DNA from: Devosia sp. | Lineage (GTDB): Bacteria; Pseudomonadota; Alphaproteobacteria; Rhizobiales; Amorphaceae | Reading direction: 5' to 3' | NCBI GenBank assembly: GCA_051016205.1 | Contig: CP136534.1 | Span: forward strand, 640,835-664,834 | DNA: 24,000 nucleotides | In this document: positions 1 through 8,113 of the stretch, one piece after another | How the letters are laid out: each line of letters starts with the position of its first letter | Numbering within the stretch: the stretch's first letter is position 1 | The notes under the pieces: model-generated | The model's input: the letters and a program-made list of their open reading frames with translations, nothing else | What the model was told of the DNA's origin: nothing | Database searches by the model: none | Translations under genes and position numbers: made by a program

Positions 1-209
1 ATGGAGAACGACACCACGCCTGCGCCCACGGCGAGGATCATCATCTTGAGGCGCGACCCTGTGCCGGTTTCCACCATCAAATTGTTGAGGGCGAGGGCCA
101 GAAGAATTGAGGCACAGGTGGCGAGAAAGCCAACGACGACGCTCGTGAAGGAAGCACCGCCAGAATCCTTCCTCAGCGACATGAGCGGCTCGTCACGCTC
201 CACGCTCAT
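1..209 (-). CDS. 5' part of a membrane-protein gene running off the left edge
   Basis: Not in the ORF track because it is open at the edge. A reverse-strand ATG at 209-207 opens a GC3-rich frame: MSVERDEPLMSLRKDSGGASFTSVVVGFLATCASILLALALNNLMVETGTGSRLKMMILAVGAGVV... This is a charged N-tail followed by hydrophobic helices. The ATG overlaps the TGA of the upstream ORF as ATGA (209-206). The listed plus-strand ORF 1..426 is R/P-rich antisense-looking. Confidence 0.45.
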   Translation of the reverse strand, partial: MSVERDEPLMSLRKDSGGASFTSVVVGFLATCASILLALALNNLMVETGTGSRLKMMILAVGAGVVSFS

Positions 210-448
210 GACCTGGCCCCATAAGGGACGTCACCGCGTTGGATCTGGTCCAGGTCAGATGCTGTGGGGTAGGCTTGCGGCTGAGGCGTGGGAGTTTCGA
301 TCCAGTCCGGGAACCGGTCGTGCCGCAGGAGCCATGCGATGGGGCAGATGGGCTCGACGAAAGCGTCACCAGCGTCAGGCGGACGGTCCACGAGGACCGC
401 TTGATGGAAAAGTGCGTCCAAGATGATCTCCCGCAAATGGCGTTGCAT
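206..448 (-). CDS. small hypothetical protein (80 aa), translationally coupled to the downstream membrane protein
   Basis: Internal ATG (448-446) of track ORF 206..649. It encodes MQRHLREIILDALFHQAVLVDRPPDAGDAFVEPICPIAWLLRHDRFPDWIETP... GC3 is fairly high and there is an ATGA stop/start overlap with the next gene. No family recognised. Confidence 0.4.
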   Translation of the reverse strand: MQRHLREIILDALFHQAVLVDRPPDAGDAFVEPICPIAWLLRHDRFPDWIETPTPQPQAYPTASDLDQIQRGDVPYGARS

Positions 449-583
449 GGGGCGATCCGGGCACTGAAAAAGAACGGCGCAAACCGGTCGCTCCCTGCCA
501 CATGGCGAGTGGGCGGCGGGCAATTCGAGGGGTGAAAAGCGGGTAAGCGGGCAGTCCGCGTCGCCAACGCCGAGGGAGATGTG

Positions 584-1384
584 ATGAAGCGGAGATCCAT
601 CGACTGGCACAACACAGGCCACGCCGAGCGACAGATCCTGCACCAGCACTGCAAGGCGTTAAACCAAGCCGAGCACATGTCTTTCGACAGGCTCTTCGAA
701 CGCGCGTTCGGCCGCAACGCTGTCGGCAAGGATTATGTCCGGGGTTTTCGGCGCGGTGAGATCGGCGTTAAGAAGTCGATCCGAATCTATGAATTGCTAC
801 GGGCTGAGTACCCTGCCGTGGCCGACGCCGTTGAAGATGCGGTCGCCGCCTATTGGGCGCAGAAGCAATCCAAGGCAGAGCTCACATGGGAGGAGCTCTT
901 GGTCCAGCATGCACGGTACGGAAACGTCGCGATCAAACCAGCTCCCGCCGAGCTCGACATCGTGCGCTTTCGTGATGACGGGCCCGTGGCCGAGTTCACA
1001 CCACGCGTCGGCGAGTTCTTCTACTTTGAAATCGCATGTCGGATGGGCGGGCATCTCTGTGCGTTCCAAGGCTCGGAGGGGTCCTGGTATCCGGTGCCCC
1101 TCCGTCGTGACCGGATGACCGCAAAGGCGATCGAAGGCACCATGGCGCTGCCCACAGACAAGTCTGGCAAACGGATTGATCCTCTGTACGAAAACGACGA
1201 TGGGCGACACAGCTTCGTGTTCGTAGCCGTCGAGGATGCCAAATTGCTCAATACCGTCGGGACGCTCAGAGCCGGGCGAATTGTACGAGACGGCCAACTC
1301 GATGAGTTTGCAACAGCACTTGCGAACGTCGACGACGACGCGTTTGCCGTCGATCGCGTCAATGTTCATGTGCGGCCCACGTGA
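584..1384 (+). CDS. hypothetical protein; C-terminal half resembles a DUF4384-type beta domain (weak recall)
   Basis: Track ORF 581..1384. The ATG at 584 lies 5 nt after GAGGGAG (572-578). Composition is protein-like. The segment GEFFYFEIACRMGGHLCAFQGSEGSWYPVPL...GRHSFVFVAVED fits the DUF4384 pattern as I recall it. The N-terminal 100 aa are helical and basic. Confidence 0.7.
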   Translation: MKRRSIDWHNTGHAERQILHQHCKALNQAEHMSFDRLFERAFGRNAVGKDYVRGFRRGEIGVKKSIRIYELLRAEYPAVADAVEDAVAAYWAQKQSKAELTWEELLVQHARYGNVAIKPAPAELDIVRFRDDGPVAEFTPRVGEFFYFEIACRMGGHLCAFQGSEGSWYPVPLRRDRMTAKAIEGTMALPTDKSGKRIDPLYENDDGRHSFVFVAVEDAKLLNTVGTLRAGRIVRDGQLDEFATALANVDDDAFAVDRVNVHVRPT

Positions 1385-1857
1385 GGCGGTAATCGACATC
1401 CAATCCGCTTTACCTGGCCACGCGAGTCTAGTAGGCAACTGATGCATGCTGCCACTCGACCCGTGGCAGGCCCACTGGGCTGAAAAGCAACAGGAAATGT
1501 GTCGGAGAAGCGCACCAGCCGGGCAGACGTCTGCGCGGCCGGGAATGAGAGTGGTCACAACCAATACGTACACATGGCAGCATATAGCGCCTAGCCAACA
1601 GCACGAAATGCGCCTAGCCTAGATCACCTCAAGCGCGAAAACCGGGCAGGCCAATCAAGTACTATCCCGGTGTCCGGGCCGGGGCCATGAAAGCATGGCC
1701 GACAAGTCCATTAAGGCCTACCACCCCGCTCCGTCCGCAATCACCCACGTGACAAGGCGGATCTTGCGCCGTCGTGCAGATAGAACCCATTGTTGATCTG
1801 GTATGCACGTTGATCGGAAAAGGCGCGATCGCCGGCAGAAGATTTAGGGATGATGAT

Positions 1858-2187
1858 TTGCAAACGCTTGTGGTCTATTTCGCTGCCGCGATCGCAGAGA
1901 TCGTAGGTTGCTACGCGTTCTGGGCGTGGCTTCGGCTCAACGAGCCAATTTGGTGGATCCTCCCTGGCTTAGCCGCGTTAGCCTTGTTTGCGTACCTGCT
2001 AACTCTGATCGATAGCGCGGCCGCGGGCCGCGCCTACGCGGCATATGGCGGCATCTATATCGTAGGTTCGCTTCTTTGGCTTTGGCTTTTTGAAGGTGTC
2101 ACGCCAGATGGCTGGGACGTCGTCGGCGCCAGTGTTTGCCTTTTTGGAGCCGCTGTCATCATCGCTGCGCCACGGGCACCGGGGTAG
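1858..2187 (+). CDS. ynfA: YnfA/UPF0060 family small 4-TM membrane protein
   Basis: Track ORF 1774..2187. The region from TTG 1858, (M)[24 protein letters not shown]...[13 protein letters not shown]...[11 protein letters not shown], is collinear with E. coli YnfA (EIIGCFLPWLW...GRVYAAYGGVYV). AGGGA lies 7 nt upstream of the TTG. This gives 109 aa, the normal family length. Confidence 0.8.
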   Translation: MQTLVVYFAAAIAEIVGCYAFWAWLRLNEPIWWILPGLAALALFAYLLTLIDSAAAGRAYAAYGGIYIVGSLLWLWLFEGVTPDGWDVVGASVCLFGAAVIIAAPRAPG

Positions 2188-2233
2188 GCTCCGTGCCGCG
2201 AATGCGGGGATGTACGCAATCCAGTCGCCGTTG

Positions 2234-3472
2234 CTAGAGCAACGACTGGAATGGAGCGAAGCTCACGGCATCGTCATGCGCTATGCTCATCCGATCGGCT
2301 TCGATGAAGCCAAGACCCTCAGCGTCGCACAGCGGTCGCAAACGCGCGGAGCCCCCTTTGCCAAGGCGATCGATCATAGGACGACCGTTGTCATGGCCGA
2401 TGATACGTCCCGGAAAAAACTCGGCCCGACCAGGTTTCCGGTAAAGATCGAAGGCGGCGCCTGCTGGCGCAAAAGCTGGGACTGTGGCGCGGCCGTCCAG
2501 AGCAGTTAGTATGGGTGGCGCAAACAGCGTGAGCGCAACGAGTGCTGCGAACGGATTGTCCGGAAGACCAAGAACTGTTGTCCCGCATACCGTGCCCAAA
2601 GCCACCGGTTTCCCTGGCTTCATCTTTACGCCAGCGCAATGCCAACTTCCACCGCTCGATGCGACTGTGGAGCGAAGGAGATCCTTGTCTCCACTCGCCA
2701 TTCCGCCGCTTGTCACGACAAGTTCGACGGTTCCGGCGAGGCGTAAGAGAGCCGCCATGAGAGCCTCCGGATCGTCTGTGAAGCGCTCCTTTACAACCAG
2801 CTTGCATCCGTGCGCCGCGAAAAACGCCGCCGCCATGGAAGAATTAGAATCGTAGACTTGGTAGGATCTTCGGTTAGCACCTGGTATGGCAAGCTCCGAC
2901 CCATTTGCGATTAGCGCTACTCTGGGCCTTTGTGCCACCTGCACATCTCCGACCCCCAGCGCCGCGAGGAGTGCGACATGGCGCGCATCAATCCGTACGC
3001 CTGACGCCATAACGAGCTCGTTCTGGTCAACATCTTCCCCACGCCGGCGAATGTTCGCGCCCTTGCGCACGTGGCCAGAAAGCACGATTGACTTGCTGCC
3101 ACTTTCCACATGCTCCTGCATCACAACAGATGCGACGTTTTCGGGGACGGGGGCGCCGGAGAAGATGCGGACCGCCCCTGAAGCATCGGGTGGTTGGTTA
3201 GCACCCGCTCTACCGTCACTCTTCACCGTGATCGCTGTCCCCAACCTGTCGATATGGTCGAGTGCCAGGGCGTAGCCATCGACCGCAGCATGATCGAATG
3301 GCGGAAGTTGCATCGGGGCACGTACGTCCTCGGTAAGCGTTCGACCGACGGCGTCGTCTATTTTCACCATCTCCCACCCGCACCGCCCGCCAACTCTTCG
3401 CGCCACGAAATCAGGTATATCTTCAACACTAAGGCGAAGCGTTGCGTTCGTCTCGTAGACGAATGTTGTCAT
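2234..3472 (-). CDS. moeA: molybdopterin molybdenumtransferase MoeA
   Basis: 412-aa ORF with the typical MoeA N-terminus (LSVEDI...AVGRTLTEDVRAPMQLPPFDHAAVDGYAL) and an MoCF-binding middle domain (VVTSGGMASGDKD). Its position downstream of aioA matches known aio clusters. Confidence 0.9.
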   Translation of the reverse strand: MTTFVYETNATLRLSVEDIPDFVARRVGGRCGWEMVKIDDAVGRTLTEDVRAPMQLPPFDHAAVDGYALALDHIDRLGTAITVKSDGRAGANQPPDASGAVRIFSGAPVPENVASVVMQEHVESGSKSIVLSGHVRKGANIRRRGEDVDQNELVMASGVRIDARHVALLAALGVGDVQVAQRPRVALIANGSELAIPGANRRSYQVYDSNSSMAAAFFAAHGCKLVVKERFTDDPEALMAALLRLAGTVELVVTSGGMASGDKDLLRSTVASSGGSWHCAGVKMKPGKPVALGTVCGTTVLGLPDNPFAALVALTLFAPPILTALDGRATVPAFAPAGAAFDLYRKPGRAEFFPGRIIGHDNGRPMIDRLGKGGSARLRPLCDAEGLGFIEADRMSIAHDDAVSFAPFQSLL

Positions 3473-3495
3473 TATCTTGCCAGGCTCCGCTTTTT

Positions 3496-3531
3496 ATAAA
3501 GAGCAGAAAGGCGCGTTCTTTTCGCGCGCCT
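3496..3531 (-). terminator. hairpin plus T-rich tail between aioA and moeA (terminator/attenuator)
   Basis: Minus strand reads AGGCGCG-cgaaaagaa-CGCGCCT followed by TTCTGCTCTTTAT, immediately after the aioA stop. Confidence 0.5.
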
Positions 3532-3541
3532 CTCTCGGAGC

Positions 3542-6091
3542 TTACGAGTATGTCGCTTCTTTGGACTTGAAGGATAAATGATGTACCGCACGGGGGGCGT
3601 CGGCAATCTTGCGGATGTTTCCCCACGTCTGTTTATAATTGGGGATGATCAGCTCGTTGACACCGGCGTTCACAACATTGCCTTGGACGCCCGTCGGATA
3701 GGCGAATAACATGAATGTCTCGCCGGGGCGGGCAGTCGGGGTTGGATACACCATCGCCTGGGTGGACCCCGCATCGTTATAAACCTCGACGAGATCGCCT
3801 TCTTCGACGCCGATACCTGTCATGTCGTCAGGATTCATCTCGATATACGGGAACGGCCAGCGGTCCATGACAAACTCGTTCTCGTCGTCAAGGTAAGCCG
3901 ACTGCCACACGAGGTTTGCACGGCCGTTGTTGATGAGGAAATCGAACTCTGCCTTCTGCTCCTCCTTTCCGGGTGCCCTGAGGCCTCCCCACTCGGCGAC
4001 GCAGAAGCGCGCGCGACCGTCGTCAGTGGAGAAGTTTCCGTCCGCATACAGGCGTTTTGTTCCGACAATCTCCCCGTTCTCGAAACCGACTGCCGGCTCT
4101 TGGAACCCGTTGGTGCCCATTTCGCGCAGACGCTCGTATGTGACGAACTCGCCGCCACCTGCGTGTGTATGGTAGCCATCCATAAACACGTCCTCGTTTG
4201 TCTGCCAATCGAACTTTCCGGCGAAGGCTTCCGCACGTTCGGCATTGCCAAGATCTCGGAAAACCCGCTCCAGATGGTTGGCTATACGCGCTGCGATGAG
4301 CCCGTCGCCCATGGCCTGGCCGGGAGGGTCCATGTATCTCTCGGTAAGCCGCATCCGTCGCTCGCCGTTCATGGACGTGATCGGCACCTCGCCCGCGGTG
4401 GCAGCCGGGAGCACGACATGCGCGGCTTCGCCGATCTTCGTCGGCACAATGTCGATGTCGACCACGAAGAGGCCGCCATTCGCTATCGCTCCCATTATCG
4501 CCTCGACCATCGCCTCTCGATCGCCGTATGGCACGGAACTCATGGCGTCCTTTACCTTGTCAGTGCGCTCTTTGTAGACGCGCTTGAATTCAAATGCGTT
4601 GAGCGTCGTTTTGTAGTGATCGCAGGCCCAGACGTGATGCACGCCGCCTTCACCTTGTATGAGGAGTTGATCGATGTAGGGTGCTGGTCGGCCGATGAAT
4701 GCGTCGGATGGGCGGACATATCCTTCTTGGTGGCCACCAAGGCGCACGCAGCCGCCACCCGGCCTTCCAATGTTACCAGTCGCGAGCGCTAGGTTTACCA
4801 AGGCACCATTGGTGCGGTAGTTGTCGTTGCCCCAAATCAGCCCCTTTTCGTAGCAAAACATCGTTCTTCTTCGGGCGCCACCGTCCTTGGGCTCAGCTAT
4901 CCAACGCGCGGCCTTCTCCATGTCTTCGACTGAGACGCCTGTAATCTCCGCCGCTTCTTCGAGGGTTGTTCGATTGGCATCGAGCGCGGTTTGGAAGTCC
5001 GTCAAGGGTGCCACTTCACCCTTCGACAGCGGTTTGCGCGGTAGTTCCGGAGACCCCTCGCTAGCGCTCGCCGTGGGTTCGGCTGTGCGCGCGTCGATGA
5101 ACTCTTTGTCGATCCAGCCCTGATCGGCGATGTGCGACATCAACGCGTTTAGAAGTACCATGTCGGTACCACTATTGATGGCGAGATGGAGGACGTTGTC
5201 GGCGCCTGCCTCAATCTCGCACGCATTAACGGAAACTGTACGTCGCGGATCGACGATGACAATCCTTCCGCGTTCGTGCGGTTCGTTGGGCAGCTCTTGC
5301 CGTTTTCTCGGGAGCGAGCCACCATTGAGGTTGGGTACCCAGTGGTTCAGGAAATAGTTAGTCTGTGCTTCGACTGGATTTGCGCCAACCACCATGATTG
5401 TGTCGGCAAGCTGCGCATCCTCATAGCAGTTATTGAGTTCGCCGACGCCCATGTCCCGGGACGCGTGAACCTCCGAGTTATACGCTGGCCGATTGTGGAT
5501 CCGAATGTTCCGAATCTTCAGCGGGTCGAAGTAGAGCTTACCTGTCCCCCAGGTGAACTCATAGCCGCCACCTGCACCGCCGTGGTCAGCCGCCGAGACG
5601 AAAAGGCCATCCTCGCCCTGCTCCTCGATGACCCTTGCCGTCACTTGCGCGACGAGATCGAGCGCATCGTCCCAGCCTGTGGGTTGCATCTGGCCGTAGC
5701 GCCAGACCATTGGATCTTTCAGGCGCTGTTGCTGAGTTCCGGACGTTTCCGAGTGGCTCAATTCAGCAATCCGTGCGCCGCGCGCAGACGCGAGACCTGA
5801 ATTGACCGAGCAGCCGTAGTCCGGCTTTACCACTATATGGACGTCTTTGCCGTCCTGCTTTACGACGTTGTACATGGATGGCGAATACCAAGCCTCCGAG
5901 TTGATGGCTTGCTGGCTTGTCAGGTCAACGCCGAAGGCATTTTGGTCAGGAGCTGTTCCCCCTTGCTGTTTAGCCGGCCATGTATAGGCGTGATAGCCGC
6001 ATCCGACGATACAGTAGTGACAGACGACATTGTGCTTCTTGGCGTCGACGGGTGGGATCGGCAGCCTGTCAATGTTTCTTTTGAAAGCCAT
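3542..6091 (-). CDS. aioA: arsenite oxidase large (molybdopterin) subunit AioA
   Basis: Starts at the internal ATG 6091 (MAFKRNIDRLPIPPVDAKKHNVVCHYCIVGCGYHAYTW), 1 nt after the aioB stop. The N-terminal C-x2-C-x3-C motif (CHYCIVGC) is the AioA 3Fe-4S signature. A molybdopterin oxidoreductase body follows (849 aa). The 90 codons upstream in the track ORF overlap aioB and are an artefact. Confidence 0.95.
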   Translation of the reverse strand: MAFKRNIDRLPIPPVDAKKHNVVCHYCIVGCGYHAYTWPAKQQGGTAPDQNAFGVDLTSQQAINSEAWYSPSMYNVVKQDGKDVHIVVKPDYGCSVNSGLASARGARIAELSHSETSGTQQQRLKDPMVWRYGQMQPTGWDDALDLVAQVTARVIEEQGEDGLFVSAADHGGAGGGYEFTWGTGKLYFDPLKIRNIRIHNRPAYNSEVHASRDMGVGELNNCYEDAQLADTIMVVGANPVEAQTNYFLNHWVPNLNGGSLPRKRQELPNEPHERGRIVIVDPRRTVSVNACEIEAGADNVLHLAINSGTDMVLLNALMSHIADQGWIDKEFIDARTAEPTASASEGSPELPRKPLSKGEVAPLTDFQTALDANRTTLEEAAEITGVSVEDMEKAARWIAEPKDGGARRRTMFCYEKGLIWGNDNYRTNGALVNLALATGNIGRPGGGCVRLGGHQEGYVRPSDAFIGRPAPYIDQLLIQGEGGVHHVWACDHYKTTLNAFEFKRVYKERTDKVKDAMSSVPYGDREAMVEAIMGAIANGGLFVVDIDIVPTKIGEAAHVVLPAATAGEVPITSMNGERRMRLTERYMDPPGQAMGDGLIAARIANHLERVFRDLGNAERAEAFAGKFDWQTNEDVFMDGYHTHAGGGEFVTYERLREMGTNGFQEPAVGFENGEIVGTKRLYADGNFSTDDGRARFCVAEWGGLRAPGKEEQKAEFDFLINNGRANLVWQSAYLDDENEFVMDRWPFPYIEMNPDDMTGIGVEEGDLVEVYNDAGSTQAMVYPTPTARPGETFMLFAYPTGVQGNVVNAGVNELIIPNYKQTWGNIRKIADAPRAVHHLSFKSKEATYS

Positions 6092-6092
6092 T

Positions 6093-6620
6093 TCAGCCCC
6101 CCAACACATTCGAAGTACGACCGTAGATGAGTTCGTCGACGCCTTCGGCAAAAATGTTGCCTGAACCATCGACCCGCAGAACGAATTGAGGCAAGTTTTG
6201 TGTAGCCTGCCCCCAGGTTTGCTGGCCACCTTTTTCAGGATCGAAGATCGAATAGTGACCTCGGCAGTTGAAGGTTCGCTGTTCCTTGGAGTAAATGAGA
6301 GGCCATCCCTTGTGGGGACAAAGAATCGAGAACCCGACAATGTCGGTATCGGGACCGACACCGTCTGGGACAGCCAAACCGAGTTTCAACAAGACGCCGG
6401 GAGATTGTGAGTCTGGGTAGGCGACAGTGAGCGGTTCGTTGACCTCGAGATCGGCGACGTTGGCAAGCCGATTTGATGGGTAGTCGACCAGCGCCGCGGT
6501 CTGAGCTGTTTGGGCGCTGGCCGGCATAACCGAGGCACTTGCCGCGCCGACGGCTGCTACAGCACCGCCTCGCAGGAATTGACGTCGGCCGACATCGACC
6601 AAGCGGTTGCAACCTTTCAT
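6093..6620 (-). CDS. aioB: arsenite oxidase small (Rieske) subunit AioB
   Basis: 175 aa. Has a twin-arginine signal (GRRQFLRGGAVAAVGA) and Rieske ligand boxes CPHKG and CRGHYS. Lies directly upstream of aioA. Confidence 0.95.
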   Translation of the reverse strand: MKGCNRLVDVGRRQFLRGGAVAAVGAASASVMPASAQTAQTAALVDYPSNRLANVADLEVNEPLTVAYPDSQSPGVLLKLGLAVPDGVGPDTDIVGFSILCPHKGWPLIYSKEQRTFNCRGHYSIFDPEKGGQQTWGQATQNLPQFVLRVDGSGNIFAEGVDELIYGRTSNVLGG

Positions 6621-6657
6621 GGCGTTTCCCCGAGTTGCCTTTTTTCGACGTTGTCAA

Positions 6658-6686
6658 ATTAAAGACCAGTTCCAAAGCAAACGCAA
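6658..6686 (-). promoter_or_regulatory. candidate sigma70-type aioB promoter (TTGCGT-N17-TTTAAT)
   Basis: Minus strand has TTGCGT (6686-6681), a 17-nt spacer, then TTTAAT (6663-6658), about 38 nt upstream of the aioB ATG. Read by eye only. Confidence 0.3.
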
Positions 6687-6716
6687 TGGATCAAAGGCAC
6701 TTCCTACGTTAGGTGT

Positions 6717-6732
6717 GGCGTTTTAATTGCCG
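6717..6732 (-). promoter_or_regulatory. candidate sigma54 -24/-12 element (CGGCAA-N5-ACGC)
   Basis: Minus strand reads cGGCAAttaaaacGCc, with the correct GG-N10-GC register, about 97 nt upstream of the aioB ATG. The -12 TTGC is degraded to ACGC. The cognate activator lacks GAFTGA (see findings), which weakens this reading. Confidence 0.3.
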
Positions 6733-6820
6733 AACATAAGTAATACATGTTTGGAGTTCCGAACATATTAATAAGACTTATGGCTGTATATAGAATTAAA
6801 TGAAAATTAGGTGTTTAAGA

Positions 6821-8113
6821 CTAATGTAGAGAATGCCTTCGCATCTTCTCCCAAAGTGTCGTTCGCGAAATCCCAAGTAACGACGCTGCCTCTTGCAAGC
6901 GACCATCGGCGTCTTTCAGTGCGCCGGCGATCGCTCGCCTTTCTGCGGCATTACGCACGTCGGTGAGCGCGCTCCCGCCGATGGTCTCGCTCCGAGCCGT
7001 TGTCGGAAAAAGGTCGCTGGGTAAGAGCCACGGCCCCTCTGCCATGGCACACGCACGTTCAAGCCGATTGCGAAGCTCCCTAGCGTTACCCGGCCACTCA
7101 TGCAAACGTGCAGCCTCGATCGCGAGATTAGACAGGCCGCGCAGCACACGCTTTCCACTGCCGCTGTCTTTGAAGTGATCAAAGTACAGCCTGGCAAGCC
7201 ACTCAATATCGAGTGGTCGGGAATGCAACGGAGGAAGTGCCACTGAGAATGTGCTGAGGCGGTAAAACAGCTCGTGCCGCAGCGTACCGCCGGGTTCCTG
7301 ATCACGGGCAAGAGCAACAATTCGGGCTCCGAGCGGCCGCGCCTCGGTCTCCCCAATGCGGCAGAAAGACCCTCGGTCTAAGAGTTCCAAGAGCTTCAGT
7401 TGCACCGCTTTCGGTGCGTCGGATACCGCGTCGAGAAGGAGCACTCCGTCCGCAGCTCGTTCAGCGTAGCCGATATGATCATGGGGTCGGCCAACGATCG
7501 AGGCGGCAGCGTGCCCAAAAATTTCTACCTCAAGAAGTTCCGGTGGGATCGCTGCGCAGTTTACTGCCACAAAAGGTGTATTTGGACGGGATAACTCGTG
7601 AAGGCGACGTGCGCACACCTCTTTCCCGACGCCGATCGGTCCGGTGATGAGGACCGGAGTATCGCTGTCTGCGATGCGCGAAAGGGTCCTCTCAATTTCG
7701 ACCATCTCGTTGGATGCACCAAGCGTACACCGCGTTTCGGCCTTTTCGGCGAAACGCCCGAGACGATCCAATAGCTCGCTTAGCGAGAAGGGTTTCGTCA
7801 GGTAGTCGCTCGCCCCCCGACGCATTAAATCAACGGCCTGATCGATGTCAGCGTACGCGGTCATGAAGAGAAATGGTGCAGGATGCGGCAAGCGAGCCGC
7901 TTCGCAAAAAACCTCGTCGCCAGAGCGTCCGGGCAGCCGGATATCGCACAGGACGACATCCGGCGGGCATTCGGCGAGCCCCTTCAGTGCCTCTTCTCCG
8001 CAGCGCCACCAAGTTACGTCTATCCCTTCGAGGGACAAGCCTTGAACAAGCGATTCGCCCATAATCTTATCGTCTTCAATGATCGCAACGCACAGCGCAT
8101 CATGCGGCTTCAT
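6821..8113 (-). CDS. aioR: NtrC-family response regulator AioR (receiver + AAA+ + HTH) with an atypical AAA+ core
   Basis: The ATG at 8113 is preceded by GGAGG at 8 nt; the track start 8143 is a TTG. Contains a receiver domain (IIEDD...VVLCDIRLPG), Walker A GPIGVGKE, the WPGNARELRN region and a C-terminal Fis-type HTH (LLGISRTTLWEKM). Confidence 0.9.
   Translation of the reverse strand: MKPHDALCVAIIEDDKIMGESLVQGLSLEGIDVTWWRCGEEALKGLAECPPDVVLCDIRLPGRSGDEVFCEAARLPHPAPFLFMTAYADIDQAVDLMRRGASDYLTKPFSLSELLDRLGRFAEKAETRCTLGASNEMVEIERTLSRIADSDTPVLITGPIGVGKEVCARRLHELSRPNTPFVAVNCAAIPPELLEVEIFGHAAASIVGRPHDHIGYAERAADGVLLLDAVSDAPKAVQLKLLELLDRGSFCRIGETEARPLGARIVALARDQEPGGTLRHELFYRLSTFSVALPPLHSRPLDIEWLARLYFDHFKDSGSGKRVLRGLSNLAIEAARLHEWPGNARELRNRLERACAMAEGPWLLPSDLFPTTARSETIGGSALTDVRNAAERRAIAGALKDADGRLQEAASLLGISRTTLWEKMRRHSLH

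Noticed and set aside
1-426. 141-aa plus-strand ORF starting at base 1 (MENDTTPAPTARIIILRR...)
   Set aside because: The sequence is Arg/Pro/Gly-rich and low in complexity, typical of a shadow frame in GC-rich DNA. The opposite strand gives two ATGA-coupled, GC3-rich ORFs with protein-like sequence.
797-1573. 258-aa minus-strand ORF
   Set aside because: It is antisense to the well-formed 584..1384 gene and has shadow-ORF composition. Its 5' part lies in the non-coding gap without an SD.
3473-3541. Possible Moco riboswitch or missing cytC between aioA and moeA
   Set aside because: The gap is only 69 bp. That is too short for either, and it is fully accounted for by one hairpin, a T-tail and the moeA ribosome-binding region.
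4100-5800. Long plus-strand ORFs inside aioA (4100..4792, 5186..5800 and others)
   Set aside because: They are antisense to a confidently identified gene, have no recognisable motifs, and show typical GC-rich shadow frames. The same applies to the ORFs antisense to moeA, aioS, aioX, pstC and pstS.
6092-6361. N-terminal 90-codon extension of aioA in the track ORF (3542..6361)
   Set aside because: It overlaps aioB in another frame. The canonical AioA N-terminus with the CxxCxxxC motif begins at ATG 6091, directly after the aioB stop.
6652-6657. Perfect TTGACA (minus strand) 35 nt upstream of the aioB ATG as a -35 box
   Set aside because: At 16-18 nt spacing the downstream hexamer is CTCGGG-like, so there is no usable -10. 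The TTGCGT-N17-TTTAAT pair just upstream reads better.
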